Shown: positions 1 through 10,136 of the stretch, piece by piece
How positions within the stretch are numbered: the stretch's first letter is position 1
Layout: the number at the start of each line of letters is the position of its first letter
Assembly: GCA_041690595.1 (NCBI GenBank)
Contig: JAWLHB010000039.1
Location: 1-64,000 of the forward strand
DNA from: Lentisphaeria bacterium
GTDB lineage: Bacteria > Verrucomicrobiota > Lentisphaeria > JABSQK01 > JAWLHB01
DNA length: 64,000 nt
Reading direction: 5' to 3'
Made by a program: the position numbers and the translations under genes
Notes under the pieces: generated by a model
What the model saw: the letters and a program-made list of their open reading frames with translations, nothing else
Told to the model about the DNA's origin: nothing
The model's database searches: none

Positions 1-99
1 GGCTCATGCGCGAGATCACGAAACGTCAGCGCGAATGGCTCGACGTGATCGGCCTGCCCCCGCCCCAATTATAGGTATCACTTCGCTGCAGATTTCAGG
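1..99 (+). mobile_element. Probable right end of an insertion sequence (IS4-like/IS1634-like): transposase C-terminal tail plus terminal inverted repeat
   Basis: The frame starting at 3 reads LMREITKRQREWLDVIGLPPPQL* (TAG 72-74), resembling the 'EITKKQ..I...LG' tail of IS1634-like DDE transposases. The element appears to end at CTGCAGATTTCAGG (99), after which amidohydrolase-like sequence begins abruptly. Only 99 bp are visible. Confidence 0.55.
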
Positions 100-1312
100 A
101 CGCGAGGGACCGGATATCCTGCAGGAGCTGTTCGGTAACTACGTGGCGGCGGATCTGCGCACCGCGGGAGCCACGGCGGCGGAAGTGGAACGCCTGCTGG
201 ACCGGAAGGCGGGGGATATCACGGGACGCTTCGAACCTGTCCGCAACGCGTGGGAGGCTTGCCGGTACACCGGCTATGGCGAGGCGACCCGGCTGATCGC
301 CAGAATCGTCTATGGTATCGCGGAGATCGATGCCGGCGCGCTGCTCAAGGCCCAGGAGCAGTCAGAGTTGCTGCGCGATCCAGGGGCCCGATACAGGCTG
401 CTTCATGACATGGCGGGGATCGATCATGTGCAGATTGACGATTTTCAGTGGGCATGTCATCCCGATCCCCAGCACCCGGAGTTCTACCTCCATGATCTGA
501 ACTGGGCCTCTTTTACCAATGGTACTCCCGATCTGCAGGCTCTGGAGAAGGAGACGGGGATACGCGTGCGGAGCGTGGAGTCGCTGGACGATGCCATTGC
601 GGCTCTCTTCGGCAAGTATGGACGATTGGCGATTGCGGTCAAGACGCAGCATGCCTATTCACGCACGCTGGGCTGGCAGCCGCGCGAGCGCAGTGAGGTC
701 GAGGCCGCGCTGCGGCGTGGTTTTACCCATGGCCTGGCACGACTCGAGGAAGCGGACCGGCTCTGCCTCGGTGACTGGTGTCTGGCACGGGCGATCGATC
801 AGGCCGCAATCTGGAATCTCCCCGTCAAGATCCACACGGGCTATCATGCCGGCACGGGTACATCGCAACTGGAGAACAGCCGTCCCACCCTGCTGAGCGA
901 GCTGCTGCGAAGCTATCCGTCATGCCGCTTCGTTCTCATGCACGCCGGGTGGCCATACGGAGCCGAGTTGATTGCGCTGGCGAAGCATTACCCGAATGTC
1001 TGGGTGGACCTCTGCTGGGCGTGGGCGATGAACCCATTGGCCACCCGCGCCTTCGTGCGGCAGTTCCTGCATGCGGTCCCCGTCAACAAGCTCTTCGCCT
1101 TTGGCGGCGACACCTTCTGGCCAAGCTCGACACTGGCGTATGCCACCCAGGCACGTCGCGAACTGCAGCAGACCTTCGAAGAGGAGATCCGCGACGGCTA
1201 CCTGAACGAGCAGGAAGCCATACGTATCCTGGACCGTATCTGCCGCGCGAACCAATATGACTGCTTCGATGTCACCGGTCGCCAGCAGGCTGCCCAGGAC
1301 GCGGTCCGGTAA
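100..1312 (+). pseudogene. Amidohydrolase-family (Amidohydro_2-like) gene, apparently 5'-truncated by the IS
   Basis: Motifs VKIHTG, FVLMHAGWPY, NVWVDLCWAW and KLFAFGGD are present. The N-terminal D-x-H-x-H metal motif expected for the family is missing, and the first ~21 aa of ORF 35..1312 derive from the IS end. Confidence 0.55.
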
Positions 1313-1317
1313 CAAGC

Positions 1318-2610
1318 TCAGAGGGCGTCGATAGCCATGCGGGCGCCGCCGAGGAGCGGGTCGGCGATCGTGGGCTGCAATTCGGCTCCCAGGCTATCCC
1401 CGAGCATGGAACGCCAGAGCGCCGATTTGCTGCCGCCGCCGGCGACCAGGTAGACGGGATGCTCTGCCAGCGGCAATCGGCCGATCAGCTCAATCATGCG
1501 CTGAGTAAGGTCGGCGACGACTGCCCGGGCCATCTCGGCGGGGGTATGCACGAAGCCGAGTCCCTGCCATGAGCCCCTGCCGCTGTTCAGGTCGGCGGTA
1601 AAGGTGACGCCGCCGCAGTCCTCGGGGGCTTTCTGGGCGAGCTCGAAGAAGGCTTCGGGTGTGGCGCCCTGCTGAAGAATGGTACAGGCCCAGTTGATGA
1701 CGTTGCCGCCCACGTTGTCGCAGACCAGCGCGTAGTGCAGACCGCCGGGGTAGGGGCCGCGTACCCGCTTCGGGCCTGGCGGCGCGGGGTGCGGGCCCGC
1801 GGCATAACCGACCTGGGCCGTGCCCAGGGTGATGAGCACCGCACCCAACTCGGCGACTCGCGCGCCATAGCCGCCCGCGGTCTGATCGTTGCCGGCCAGG
1901 ACAATGGGAATACCGGGGGGAAGGCCAAACGCGGCGGCGGACGCCGAGGTTTGCGTGGCAATGGTGCCGACAGGAATTACCTTCGGCAACTGGGCGGTCG
2001 TAAGTCCCACCGTGGCCAAAGCCGATGGCCACCACTCGTTGTCCCGCAGTGAATAGAGGCCACTCATCGCCGCGAGATTGTCGTCGATGACAGCTTGTCC
2101 GCTCAACTCGCGAACCAGATACGTCGGCAGATGCAGGACCATGTCCCGCGGCGCGATCAGGCCGGGCTGGTGGTCGTGCAGATGGCGCAGCTGGCAGATG
2201 TGCAGGGGCGCCACAAAGTTGCTGAAGCTGCAATGCTGCTCGAAGTCGATCAGCGATGCGTCTTCAGTCAGAGCCTTACATGCATCGCCCGCGCGATTGT
2301 CCTGCCAGCTGATGAAGGGGATCCTGGCGCTTCCCGCGACATCGGTGACGGTGAAGGTCTGTGCCTGGCTGTCGATGGCCACGGCTTCCAGTTGTCCAGC
2401 GTCCACCTGCGCGCTCTCAAGTGCTTCCCGTATGGCTTGCATGAAAGCACCGCGGACGGGCTCGACCGGCATCTCCACCTTATTACCACTGCCGTACAGG
2501 TACTCGACCTGACCGGCGCCCTGGCCAAGCAGCTCCAGATTGCGGTCGAAGACGGCAGCTTTGAACGAAGTCGAGCCCAGATCGATCGCCAGAATCATGC
2601 GGCACCTCAT
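1318..2610 (-). CDS. FGGY-family carbohydrate kinase (xylulokinase-like)
   Basis: ILAIDLGSTSFKA, ISWQDNRA, AGNDQ, ITLGT, AGGGSKS motifs; start may be the ATG at 2598. Confidence 0.9.
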   Translation of the reverse strand: MRCRMILAIDLGSTSFKAAVFDRNLELLGQGAGQVEYLYGSGNKVEMPVEPVRGAFMQAIREALESAQVDAGQLEAVAIDSQAQTFTVTDVAGSARIPFISWQDNRAGDACKALTEDASLIDFEQHCSFSNFVAPLHICQLRHLHDHQPGLIAPRDMVLHLPTYLVRELSGQAVIDDNLAAMSGLYSLRDNEWWPSALATVGLTTAQLPKVIPVGTIATQTSASAAAFGLPPGIPIVLAGNDQTAGGYGARVAELGAVLITLGTAQVGYAAGPHPAPPGPKRVRGPYPGGLHYALVCDNVGGNVINWACTILQQGATPEAFFELAQKAPEDCGGVTFTADLNSGRGSWQGLGFVHTPAEMARAVVADLTQRMIELIGRLPLAEHPVYLVAGGGSKSALWRSMLGDSLGAELQPTIADPLLGGARMAIDAL

Positions 2611-2674
2611 GGATTGGTGAAGGTTTCTATCCAGCCATTAAGGTGCCGACTCGCGGCCGCATGTCAACCCGCCT

Positions 2675-4453
2675 TTACTTCAGCTTGCGCTTACGCAGCC
2701 GAATCGACTTCGGGGTGATCTCGACCAGCTCATCCTCATTGATGTAGGCGATGCACTCTTCAAGGCTCATCTTCTCATGCGGGGTGAGGATGATGTTGTC
2801 ATCGGTCCCGGAGGCGCGCACATTGGTGAGCTTCTTGCCCTTGGTCGGATTCACCTGCAGGTCCGCATTACGCGAATTCTCGCCGACAATCTGGCCCATG
2901 TAGACATTTTCGCCCGGCGGCAGGAAGAGCTTGCCGCGCTCCTGCAGATTGAAGAGGGAGTAACCGGCGGTGGCGCCGTCGGCCATGGAGACCATGACAC
3001 CGTTCTTGCGATAGCGAATGTCGCCGGCATGGGGGCCATACTCGCTGAAGACGTAATTCATGGTGCCCATTCCCTTGGTATCCGTGAGGAACTCGCTACG
3101 GAAGCCAAGCAGCCCGCGGGTGGGAATACGGTAGACCATGCGCGTCATGCCGTTCTGTTGTTCCATGGTCAGGATCTGCCCCTTGCGAATGCCGAGCTTC
3201 TCGATGACCGCGCCGACATACGCATCCGCGACATCCACGGTCAGCTCTTCGTACGGTTCGAGCTTCTTGCCGTCCACCTCCCGGAAAATGACTTGGGGGC
3301 GGGTTACCTGAAGCTCGAATCCCTCGCGCCGCATGCGCTCGATGAGAATGGAGAGATGCAACTCACCACGACCGGAAACCTTGAACCCTTTGCCTTCGCC
3401 AACGGGTTCGATGAGCAGCGCCACATCGGAAAGGGTCTCTCGCGAGAGCCGGTCGAGCAGGTGGCGGCTGGTGACGTAGGTGCCATCGCGACCGGCAAAG
3501 GGCGAGTCATTCGGAATGAAGTTCATGCTGATGGTGGGCGGATCGATCTGGCTGGGCGGAAGCGGACGGGGCTTGTCGCGACTGACGAAGGTCACGCCGA
3601 CCGTCACTTCTTCCATGCCTGCAACGGCTACGATCTCGCCGACCGCGGCGGATTCGATCGCCACCTTTTCGTTGGCATGAAAGCGATAAAGCTTGGTGAC
3701 ACGCGTCGGAATCATGCTGCCGTCCCGCAAGGCCACGGCGATGTCTTCATTCACCCTGAAGGTGCCGCTCGTGATCTTGCCGATGCCCAGGCGCCCGAGG
3801 TAGGGTGAATAGTCCAGCGAGCTGACAAGCATCTGCAGCGGATCGTTGGGATCGCCGGTGGGCGGGGGGATCTGATGGATGATCTTTTCGAAGAGCGGGC
3901 CGAGATCCTTGCCGTTGTCGTCAAGTTGATCCATGGCGATGCCATCGCGGGCCGAGGCATAGACGATCGGGAAGTCGAGGATATGATCGGGGGCTTCCAG
4001 GCGGACGAAAAGGTCGAAGACTTGATCGACTACCCAGGCGCAGCGTGCCGCCGGCTTGTCGATCTTGTTGATCACGACGATGACCGGCAGGTGGCGGGCG
4101 AGGGCCTTCTTGAGCACGAAGTGGGTCTGCGGCATGGGCCCTTCCTGAGCGTCGACAAGGAGGAGGGCGCCATCGGCCATGCGGAGAATGCGTTCGACCT
4201 GGCCGCCGAAGTCGGCGTGGCCGGGCGTATCGATAATGTTGATCCAATGATCCTTGTACTCGAACGAGCCATTCTTGGAGGCGATGGTGATACCGCGTTC
4301 GCGTTCGAGATCCATGGAGTCCATCAATCGCTCAGCAACATCCTGATTCTGGCGGAAGGTGCCGCTCTGGCGGAAAAGCTGATCGACGAGGGTGGTCTTA
4401 CCATGGTCGACGTGGGCGATAATGGCAATATTGCGGATAATTTCCTGATTCAT
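2675..4453 (-). CDS. typA: Translational GTPase TypA/BipA
   Basis: [62 protein letters not shown]. Confidence 0.98.
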   Translation of the reverse strand: MNQEIIRNIAIIAHVDHGKTTLVDQLFRQSGTFRQNQDVAERLMDSMDLERERGITIASKNGSFEYKDHWINIIDTPGHADFGGQVERILRMADGALLLVDAQEGPMPQTHFVLKKALARHLPVIVVINKIDKPAARCAWVVDQVFDLFVRLEAPDHILDFPIVYASARDGIAMDQLDDNGKDLGPLFEKIIHQIPPPTGDPNDPLQMLVSSLDYSPYLGRLGIGKITSGTFRVNEDIAVALRDGSMIPTRVTKLYRFHANEKVAIESAAVGEIVAVAGMEEVTVGVTFVSRDKPRPLPPSQIDPPTISMNFIPNDSPFAGRDGTYVTSRHLLDRLSRETLSDVALLIEPVGEGKGFKVSGRGELHLSILIERMRREGFELQVTRPQVIFREVDGKKLEPYEELTVDVADAYVGAVIEKLGIRKGQILTMEQQNGMTRMVYRIPTRGLLGFRSEFLTDTKGMGTMNYVFSEYGPHAGDIRYRKNGVMVSMADGATAGYSLFNLQERGKLFLPPGENVYMGQIVGENSRNADLQVNPTKGKKLTNVRASGTDDNIILTPHEKMSLEECIAYINEDELVEITPKSIRLRKRKLK

Positions 4454-4671
4454 TCAAAGTCGCGGGGCAAAAGGGTAGGGGGAAAAGGTGAAAGCGTTTA
4501 AGGTACTGCCACTGCGCCCGCAATCAAGCTTGCGCGTGGAAGATGGCACCATGGCTCAAGAATCGCCGGTGCGGCCACACTCAGAACCGCGCTTTTTCGC
4601 CCATTCGTGAATGGCACCGCAAAAGCTGTTATAGTAGCCACAACACCTTCCACACGAACCGAGAGCGTATT

Positions 4672-5145
4672 ATGGATATTCTTGACTACGTGATCGATCC
4701 CACCACCTTCAACCTCCGCAAGGCTCTCGCCGACTGGCGCGACCTCCTGCCGGAATCTTTCAAGGTTGTCATGGTGAATCTCTTCGGCGACATGTTTCTG
4801 GAAAGCGCCGATGGAGCCATCGACATGATCGATACGGCTGGTTGCAAGCTGAAGCATGTGGCCGAAAGCCGGGAGGAGTTCTTCGTGAAGTTGAAGGAAG
4901 AAAAGACCGCTCGCTGGCTGCACGTGGCCCTGGTGGATGAGCTGCAGCGCCGTGAGATGCTGCTTGAAGTGGAGAAATGCTACAGCTGGAAGCTGCCCCC
5001 GCGCTTGGGCGGAGAGTACGACGCGGATAATGTGGAGATTGCCGACATCTATGAAAGCCTCTCCATGGCTGGACAAATCGCCGTGCAGACGAAAGATCTG
5101 CCGCCGGGCACCAAGGTCAACGTGAAGATGGAACCCGAAGCGTAG
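4672..5145 (+). CDS. T6SS immunity protein Tdi1-like / DUF1851-like protein
   Basis: NLFGDMFL..DGAI..ID, and CYSWKLPPRLGGEYDADNVE typical of the Tdi1/DUF1851 C-terminal region; ATG 4672 chosen as start. Confidence 0.7.
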   Translation: MDILDYVIDPTTFNLRKALADWRDLLPESFKVVMVNLFGDMFLESADGAIDMIDTAGCKLKHVAESREEFFVKLKEEKTARWLHVALVDELQRREMLLEVEKCYSWKLPPRLGGEYDADNVEIADIYESLSMAGQIAVQTKDLPPGTKVNVKMEPEA

Positions 5146-5272
5146 ACCGGGTACATCACGGGAAACGCCACTCTTCGCCCTGCCTCCCCATCGCGGGTAA
5201 GCCACTCTCCCAAGTGGCCGCTTCCGTTGCCGATTGTGACCATCACCCTTCCTCATTAGCGCAACCGCCGGG

Positions 5273-5372
5273 AATGCCCTGACGGGGCATCGTCCCATAG
5301 CCCAGGGTTGCCGCCTGGCGGCTACCCTGGGTATCCTGCCCTGCACCCATCAACCCTGACAGGGTTGCGTCC
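5273..5372. repeat. REP-like triple-hairpin element between convergent genes
   Basis: ATGCCC-tgacg-GGGCAT (5274-5290), CCCAGGGTTGCCGCC-t-GGCGGCTACCCTGGG (5301-5331), CAACCCTG-a-CAGGGTTG (5351-5367). Confidence 0.7.
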
Positions 5373-5447
5373 ACCGTCTGTGGGACGGAATCCGATTCCC
5401 GGACAACACCATGACCATCCGGCCATCCTGACTTCCACCGCGCGATA

Positions 5448-7385
5448 TTAAGCGCCGACTTCCGGCGGTGGCCGCAGGTGGTGCGCACTTGCCCAAGCCT
5501 TCCAGGGGAGCAGGCTGGCCACGATCACGATCAGCGTCTCGATGATGATGAAAAGCATGAAGCTGAAGAGACCCCGCTCCGTGAAGCCATAGCTGTGCAG
5601 ACCCGTCCCCAGAAGGTTGACACCGAACCAGGAAACGGCGGTGATCACCGACGCGAATGCCGCGGCGATCATGGTGCCACGCTGGTGCAGATAGCCGCCA
5701 AGTCGCGCGTGCAGAATGACGATCAGCCACAGGCAGATGAGGAGCGCGCCGTTCTCCTTGGGATCCCAACCCCAGAACCGCCCCCATGACTGGTCCGCCC
5801 AGATGCCGCCAAGGATCGTGCCGATAACCGAGAAGAGCAGCCCGAAGCAGATGATCCCGTAGGTCATCAGCTCCATGGATCGCGCGGCGGGCCGGTCGAG
5901 TGTCCTGGTGAAGATGCCGCGGAAGATGTAGATGTGGCCGATGAAGGCCGCGAAGAAACAGGCGCTGTAGCCGATGGAGATGCAGATGACATGGGTGGCA
6001 AGCCAGAAGTTGGAGTCGAGGACTGCCACCAGCACGCCCATTGTATCCCCCCCTTCCAGCGCGATCTGGAAGCCCTTCATCAACGTCAGCGCGCCGGCCA
6101 CGGTGGCCGCCGTCATCGCAAAGCCATGGCGGAACATCCGTTCGACGATCAGCCCGAGCAGTACGCAGACCCAACCTACGAAGAGGGTCGACCCGTAGAG
6201 GTTGGTCACCGGCGGTCGCTCGGTGATGACAACCCGCAGGATCAGTCCCACTGTGTGCAGCGTGAAGCCAAAGGCAAGCAGGACGTAAGCGTAGCGGCGC
6301 AGCGTCTTGCCCCACTTCAGCCAGCTGAGGCAGAGCAGCAGGAAGGTCATGACATAGATGACGATGCTGCGGTAGAAGAGATCGAAGCGGTTGAAGATGT
6401 ACTCGAGGTAGAGGCTCATGGATTTTTCCTGCACGGCTGGATTGTCAGCGATGGTGGCCTCATAATCGCGAAGTCCTTCCTGGTACGTCCTCGCCCCAGC
6501 GATGCGGTCGCCATCGAGCCAGCCTCCCTGCATCTTGGCGAGGGCGGTGCAGAGCGCCGGCGCCTGAGGCGAATTGGCTTGCATCGCCTCGGCCAGCAGA
6601 TCATACGGATTCTGCCAGACCGCCCCATTCGCCGTGGGCAGCCGCTCCGGCGGCACGATCTGCAGATCGACTTCGGACGCCATCGCCAGGAAGACGTGGC
6701 GAAGCGATGGCACCAGTTGCGCGGCCTCCCGCTGTTCTTGCGTCCAGTTCTCCGCGTCGTCGGGCAGGCTCAGGGCTAGAGGAACAAGATTCTCGTAGGA
6801 TTGAACAAGTGACGAGAAGGGCACATCGGGCTGGAAGTGCAGTGCGGAAGCAATGTTGTTGTAGGTGCGCAGGCGGCTGAACAGCTCGATCATGTTGCGC
6901 TCGAACCGGGAACGCACTCCCTGCTCCTTCTGGAATGCCTGGCGCGCCCGATCCTGGATGCGGGAGAGATGGGGGATAAGGTCATTGAAGGAAAAGAGCT
7001 TCTCCTCGGCGTCCAGCGTGAGATCGTCCAGGATCTCGGGATTGTCGATCCGAAAGACCTTGTCGTCATCCGTGGCGCCCGAATTGAGCAGGGTCTCGAT
7101 GTACCAGACCAGCGCCGGGACTTTGACACGCTTGCCGGCTACCTCACGGCGCAGCTGGCTCTTGCCACTCAACAGGCGCAACGAGACAATGGCTTCGCTG
7201 TTGAGCGGCTTGATGCGTCCCCCGCTTTGAACAGGAAGGCGGCCGAAGCGGCTCAGGTCATACCCTTCAGTCCGCAGCGGGCGACTCCCACTGAAGAGAA
7301 CCCAGGCAATCAGTATGCCCAGAAAGAGTCCACAGGCGGCATGAACCGCAAGAGGCGATTTGGCGGACGTGGAGATTTCGGTCAT
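5448..7385 (-). CDS. ccsA: Cytochrome c biogenesis protein CcsA (system II), with a large N-terminal soluble domain
   Basis: RPPVTNLY, AVLDSNFWLATHV, GGIWADQSWGRFWGWDPKE (WWD motif), GLHSYG. Confidence 0.92.
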   Translation of the reverse strand: MTEISTSAKSPLAVHAACGLFLGILIAWVLFSGSRPLRTEGYDLSRFGRLPVQSGGRIKPLNSEAIVSLRLLSGKSQLRREVAGKRVKVPALVWYIETLLNSGATDDDKVFRIDNPEILDDLTLDAEEKLFSFNDLIPHLSRIQDRARQAFQKEQGVRSRFERNMIELFSRLRTYNNIASALHFQPDVPFSSLVQSYENLVPLALSLPDDAENWTQEQREAAQLVPSLRHVFLAMASEVDLQIVPPERLPTANGAVWQNPYDLLAEAMQANSPQAPALCTALAKMQGGWLDGDRIAGARTYQEGLRDYEATIADNPAVQEKSMSLYLEYIFNRFDLFYRSIVIYVMTFLLLCLSWLKWGKTLRRYAYVLLAFGFTLHTVGLILRVVITERPPVTNLYGSTLFVGWVCVLLGLIVERMFRHGFAMTAATVAGALTLMKGFQIALEGGDTMGVLVAVLDSNFWLATHVICISIGYSACFFAAFIGHIYIFRGIFTRTLDRPAARSMELMTYGIICFGLLFSVIGTILGGIWADQSWGRFWGWDPKENGALLICLWLIVILHARLGGYLHQRGTMIAAAFASVITAVSWFGVNLLGTGLHSYGFTERGLFSFMLFIIIETLIVIVASLLPWKAWASAHHLRPPPEVGA

Positions 7386-7418
7386 GATGGAGAGTGAAAT
7401 CCTGTTGCGAGGGTGAAT

Positions 7419-8675
7419 CTACAGATTGAAGAAGTACTTGAACAGACTGACCATATTGCGGGGCGGACGTTCCGGCTCTTCGATACTTCGCCGCAGTGAG
7501 ATCAGTGGATCGTGCAGCACTTTGTTGAGGATCAGGTCGACGCTGCGGTCGATGGCAGCGCGTTGCTCGACGGTGAGCGACTCGTCATGCTGGTAGAGCT
7601 TGTCTAACTGCTCCGCCTTGATGCTCCTGACGCGATCATGCAGCGACTGAATCAGTGGCCCCAGATTGTTGGATTCCTGTCTCAGGTAGGCATCCGCCTG
7701 CTCGCGAACGATCTGCTCGGCGCGTTCCGCTTCCCGTCGGCGGGCGGCCAGGTTCGACGCCACCAGATGCTCGAGCGCGTCGATGTTGTAAAGATAAACA
7801 TCCGGCAGCTCTTCGACCTGTGCCTCGACATCCCTGGGCACGGAAATGTCGATAATGAAAAGCGGCTGGCCGTGGCGGAGGCGAATCGCGTCGCTGACCA
7901 TGGCTTCCGTCAGCACACAGCTCTCGCTGGCAGTCGACGTGAAAATGATGTCGTGCTCGACCAGCAGGCTGGGCAGTTCGCTCAGCGAATATCCTGAGCC
8001 ATTCATGCGCGCCGCCAGCGTCCGCGCCCTCTCCAGGCTGCGGTTGGCGACATCGATGGCGGCAACCCCAACTTTCTGGAAATGCTCGCCCGCCAGCGCA
8101 CACATCTCGCCTGCGCCGACCAGCAGCACGCGCTTGGTATGGATATCTTCGAAAACATGCTGGGCCAGTTGAACGGCGACGGAACTGACCGACACGGCGC
8201 CTTCGCCAAGACGTGTCTCGTTGCGCACCCGCTTCACCGTCTTCAGCATATGTTGGTGAATGCGATTGAAGCGGCTCTTCACGCAGCCCAGGCGGAAGGA
8301 CTGATCGAAGGCATCCTTCACCTGACCGATGATCTGCGTCTCACCCGGAACCATGGAGTCCAGGGCACAGGCCACGCGATAGAGATGCACCAGTGCCTCG
8401 CCATCGTGATAGGTATAAAGAACGTCGGCGCTCTCCGCCTCCGACAACTCGCCGATGCCGCGGAAGAGATCCCGCACGGCAGCCTGGGCACGACTACCGG
8501 CAGCGCTGTAGATCAGCTCCGTACGATTGCAGGTCGTGAGCAGCACGCATTCTTCCGTCATCGACGTCAGGGTGTCGAGCAGCTTCACCTTATCGTCAGG
8601 AGGCAATGCAAAACGTTCCCGCAGCTCAACACTGGCACTTCTGTAGTTGAGCCCGATGATGGAAAAGGTAGCCAT
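7419..8675 (-). CDS. hemA: Glutamyl-tRNA reductase
   Basis: IIGLNYRSA, LTTCNRTE, LDSMVPGETQIIGQVK, LLVGAGEM, IDISVPRDV; ATG at 8675 overlaps the upstream stop (TGATG). Confidence 0.95.
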   Translation of the reverse strand: MATFSIIGLNYRSASVELRERFALPPDDKVKLLDTLTSMTEECVLLTTCNRTELIYSAAGSRAQAAVRDLFRGIGELSEAESADVLYTYHDGEALVHLYRVACALDSMVPGETQIIGQVKDAFDQSFRLGCVKSRFNRIHQHMLKTVKRVRNETRLGEGAVSVSSVAVQLAQHVFEDIHTKRVLLVGAGEMCALAGEHFQKVGVAAIDVANRSLERARTLAARMNGSGYSLSELPSLLVEHDIIFTSTASESCVLTEAMVSDAIRLRHGQPLFIIDISVPRDVEAQVEELPDVYLYNIDALEHLVASNLAARRREAERAEQIVREQADAYLRQESNNLGPLIQSLHDRVRSIKAEQLDKLYQHDESLTVEQRAAIDRSVDLILNKVLHDPLISLRRSIEEPERPPRNMVSLFKYFFNL

Positions 8676-9532
8676 CAGCGCCGCGAATCCTTCAGCCCAA
8701 TGTTGGCGCCTGGCTCGTCGAACATGGACCGGTGTGTACTGAAGGCCGTCAGTATCACGATCAAGACGAAGAGCACAACCACGCCGCGAGCAAAGACATG
8801 GGAAATGAGCAGGCCCCGATGATAGAGATAGAACAAGACGGCGTACAGGCACCAGATGCCCCCAGCCATGATCATGAAGGGGTGCTTGTACCAGCCGGGT
8901 GACAATTCCGCGCCGGCGTAGATAGACCCCAGAATCAATCCCAGCGTCAGCAGCGGGAAGCCGATCAGGAACGAGGTGTGCATCAGCTTCTTGAGGGTGA
9001 CCACGGCCGGCAGATCGTTGTCCAACGCGACTTCCGGCGACTTCTTGAGGGTACGTGTCTTGATGAGGAAGAGCGATGCCGCGGCAAAGGAGAGGAAGAC
9101 CAGAGCAAAGCTGCCCAGCACCAGGACCACATGCAGTATGGTGGGGATGCCCCGCATATCGAAGGTCTGCACAGGCGTCTGCTCTTCAAACGTGGCCATG
9201 AGGAGGAGGAGCAGCGCCACCGGCATGAGGATCGAGCCCAGCAGGCGAATCCGATAGCGAAACTCCGCCACGAAATAGATGACCATGATGAACCAGGCGT
9301 ACAGGATCTCCCGCGCCCAGATGAGCATGAAGGCCTCGGAGCCGTGCTGCAGGAAGAGCAACGGCAGGAGCAGGGTGAGGCAGATGAACGAGATCAGCGA
9401 ACTGATCGTCGCCACCGCAAAGATCTTACTGCGATGCTGCTCCGTTCCCTTGCTTCGATAGCTGAAGAGGAGAAAAGCAAGGAGCCCCACGGTCGCGAAG
9501 GGCAACGAAAAATTGAAAAGGAAGTCGGTCAT
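8675..9532 (-). CDS. HemX/CcsA-family membrane protein
   Basis: About 8 hydrophobic segments, LHV, GFPLLTLGLILGS; lacks the canonical WWD motif; translationally coupled to hemA. Confidence 0.8.
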   Translation of the reverse strand: MTDFLFNFSLPFATVGLLAFLLFSYRSKGTEQHRSKIFAVATISSLISFICLTLLLPLLFLQHGSEAFMLIWAREILYAWFIMVIYFVAEFRYRIRLLGSILMPVALLLLLMATFEEQTPVQTFDMRGIPTILHVVLVLGSFALVFLSFAAASLFLIKTRTLKKSPEVALDNDLPAVVTLKKLMHTSFLIGFPLLTLGLILGSIYAGAELSPGWYKHPFMIMAGGIWCLYAVLFYLYHRGLLISHVFARGVVVLFVLIVILTAFSTHRSMFDEPGANIGLKDSRR

Positions 9533-9610
9533 GGGCGGAAAAGATGGAGCGCCGGCAGGTGCCAGGCGCTCCATCAGAGACTTGCGGTAGGAATGGTTTA
9601 CCGGGAGCGG

Positions 9611-9979
9611 TCAGCTCATCAGGCGTATCGTAATCGGGTAGGTGTAGTCGAGTCCTTTGGACGCCGCCATGGCCGCCTTGATGGCGCACACAATGTGGAT
9701 GATCACCAGAATGAACATCAGCAGGAAGCCGATCAGGACAAAGGCCAGGATGAAGCTGACGAAAAAATAGATCGTCAGGCTGATCTGAAAGTTGACGGCC
9801 TCGACGGCGTGCTTGCGTACAAAGGTGCTTGTATCCTTACGTATGAAATAGATGACAAGAGGGCCGATGATGTTGCCGAAGGGGAAGACGTAGCCGCAGA
9901 AGCTCAGGAGGTGTGCTGCCACCGCCATGTTCTGCTCGTCTTTGGTGCTGGTTGTGTCGAGGACGGGATCTGGTTCCAT
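9611..9979 (-). CDS. DUF4870 small membrane protein
   Basis: AHLLSF..IIGPLVIY..FVRKHAVEAVNFQIS..YTYPITIR. Confidence 0.9.
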   Translation of the reverse strand: MEPDPVLDTTSTKDEQNMAVAAHLLSFCGYVFPFGNIIGPLVIYFIRKDTSTFVRKHAVEAVNFQISLTIYFFVSFILAFVLIGFLLMFILVIIHIVCAIKAAMAASKGLDYTYPITIRLMS

Positions 9980-10136
9980 GGCTCATACCTCTTGAGATTT
10001 ACTGAGATGATGACACATTTGGAGTCACGCTGCGGGTAAGGTAGCACGACTCTGCCCCTTTTTCTGCCTGAGTGCGAAGACATTGGCCGGATTTTCGTCA
10101 ACTTGCAGTGGGCGGGTCGGTGAAGTAGCTTGATTC

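Noticed and set aside
4462..4500. Purine-rich run upstream of typA, and a loose 6-nt periodicity at ~5215-5250
   Set aside because: Too degenerate to distinguish from compositional noise by eye.
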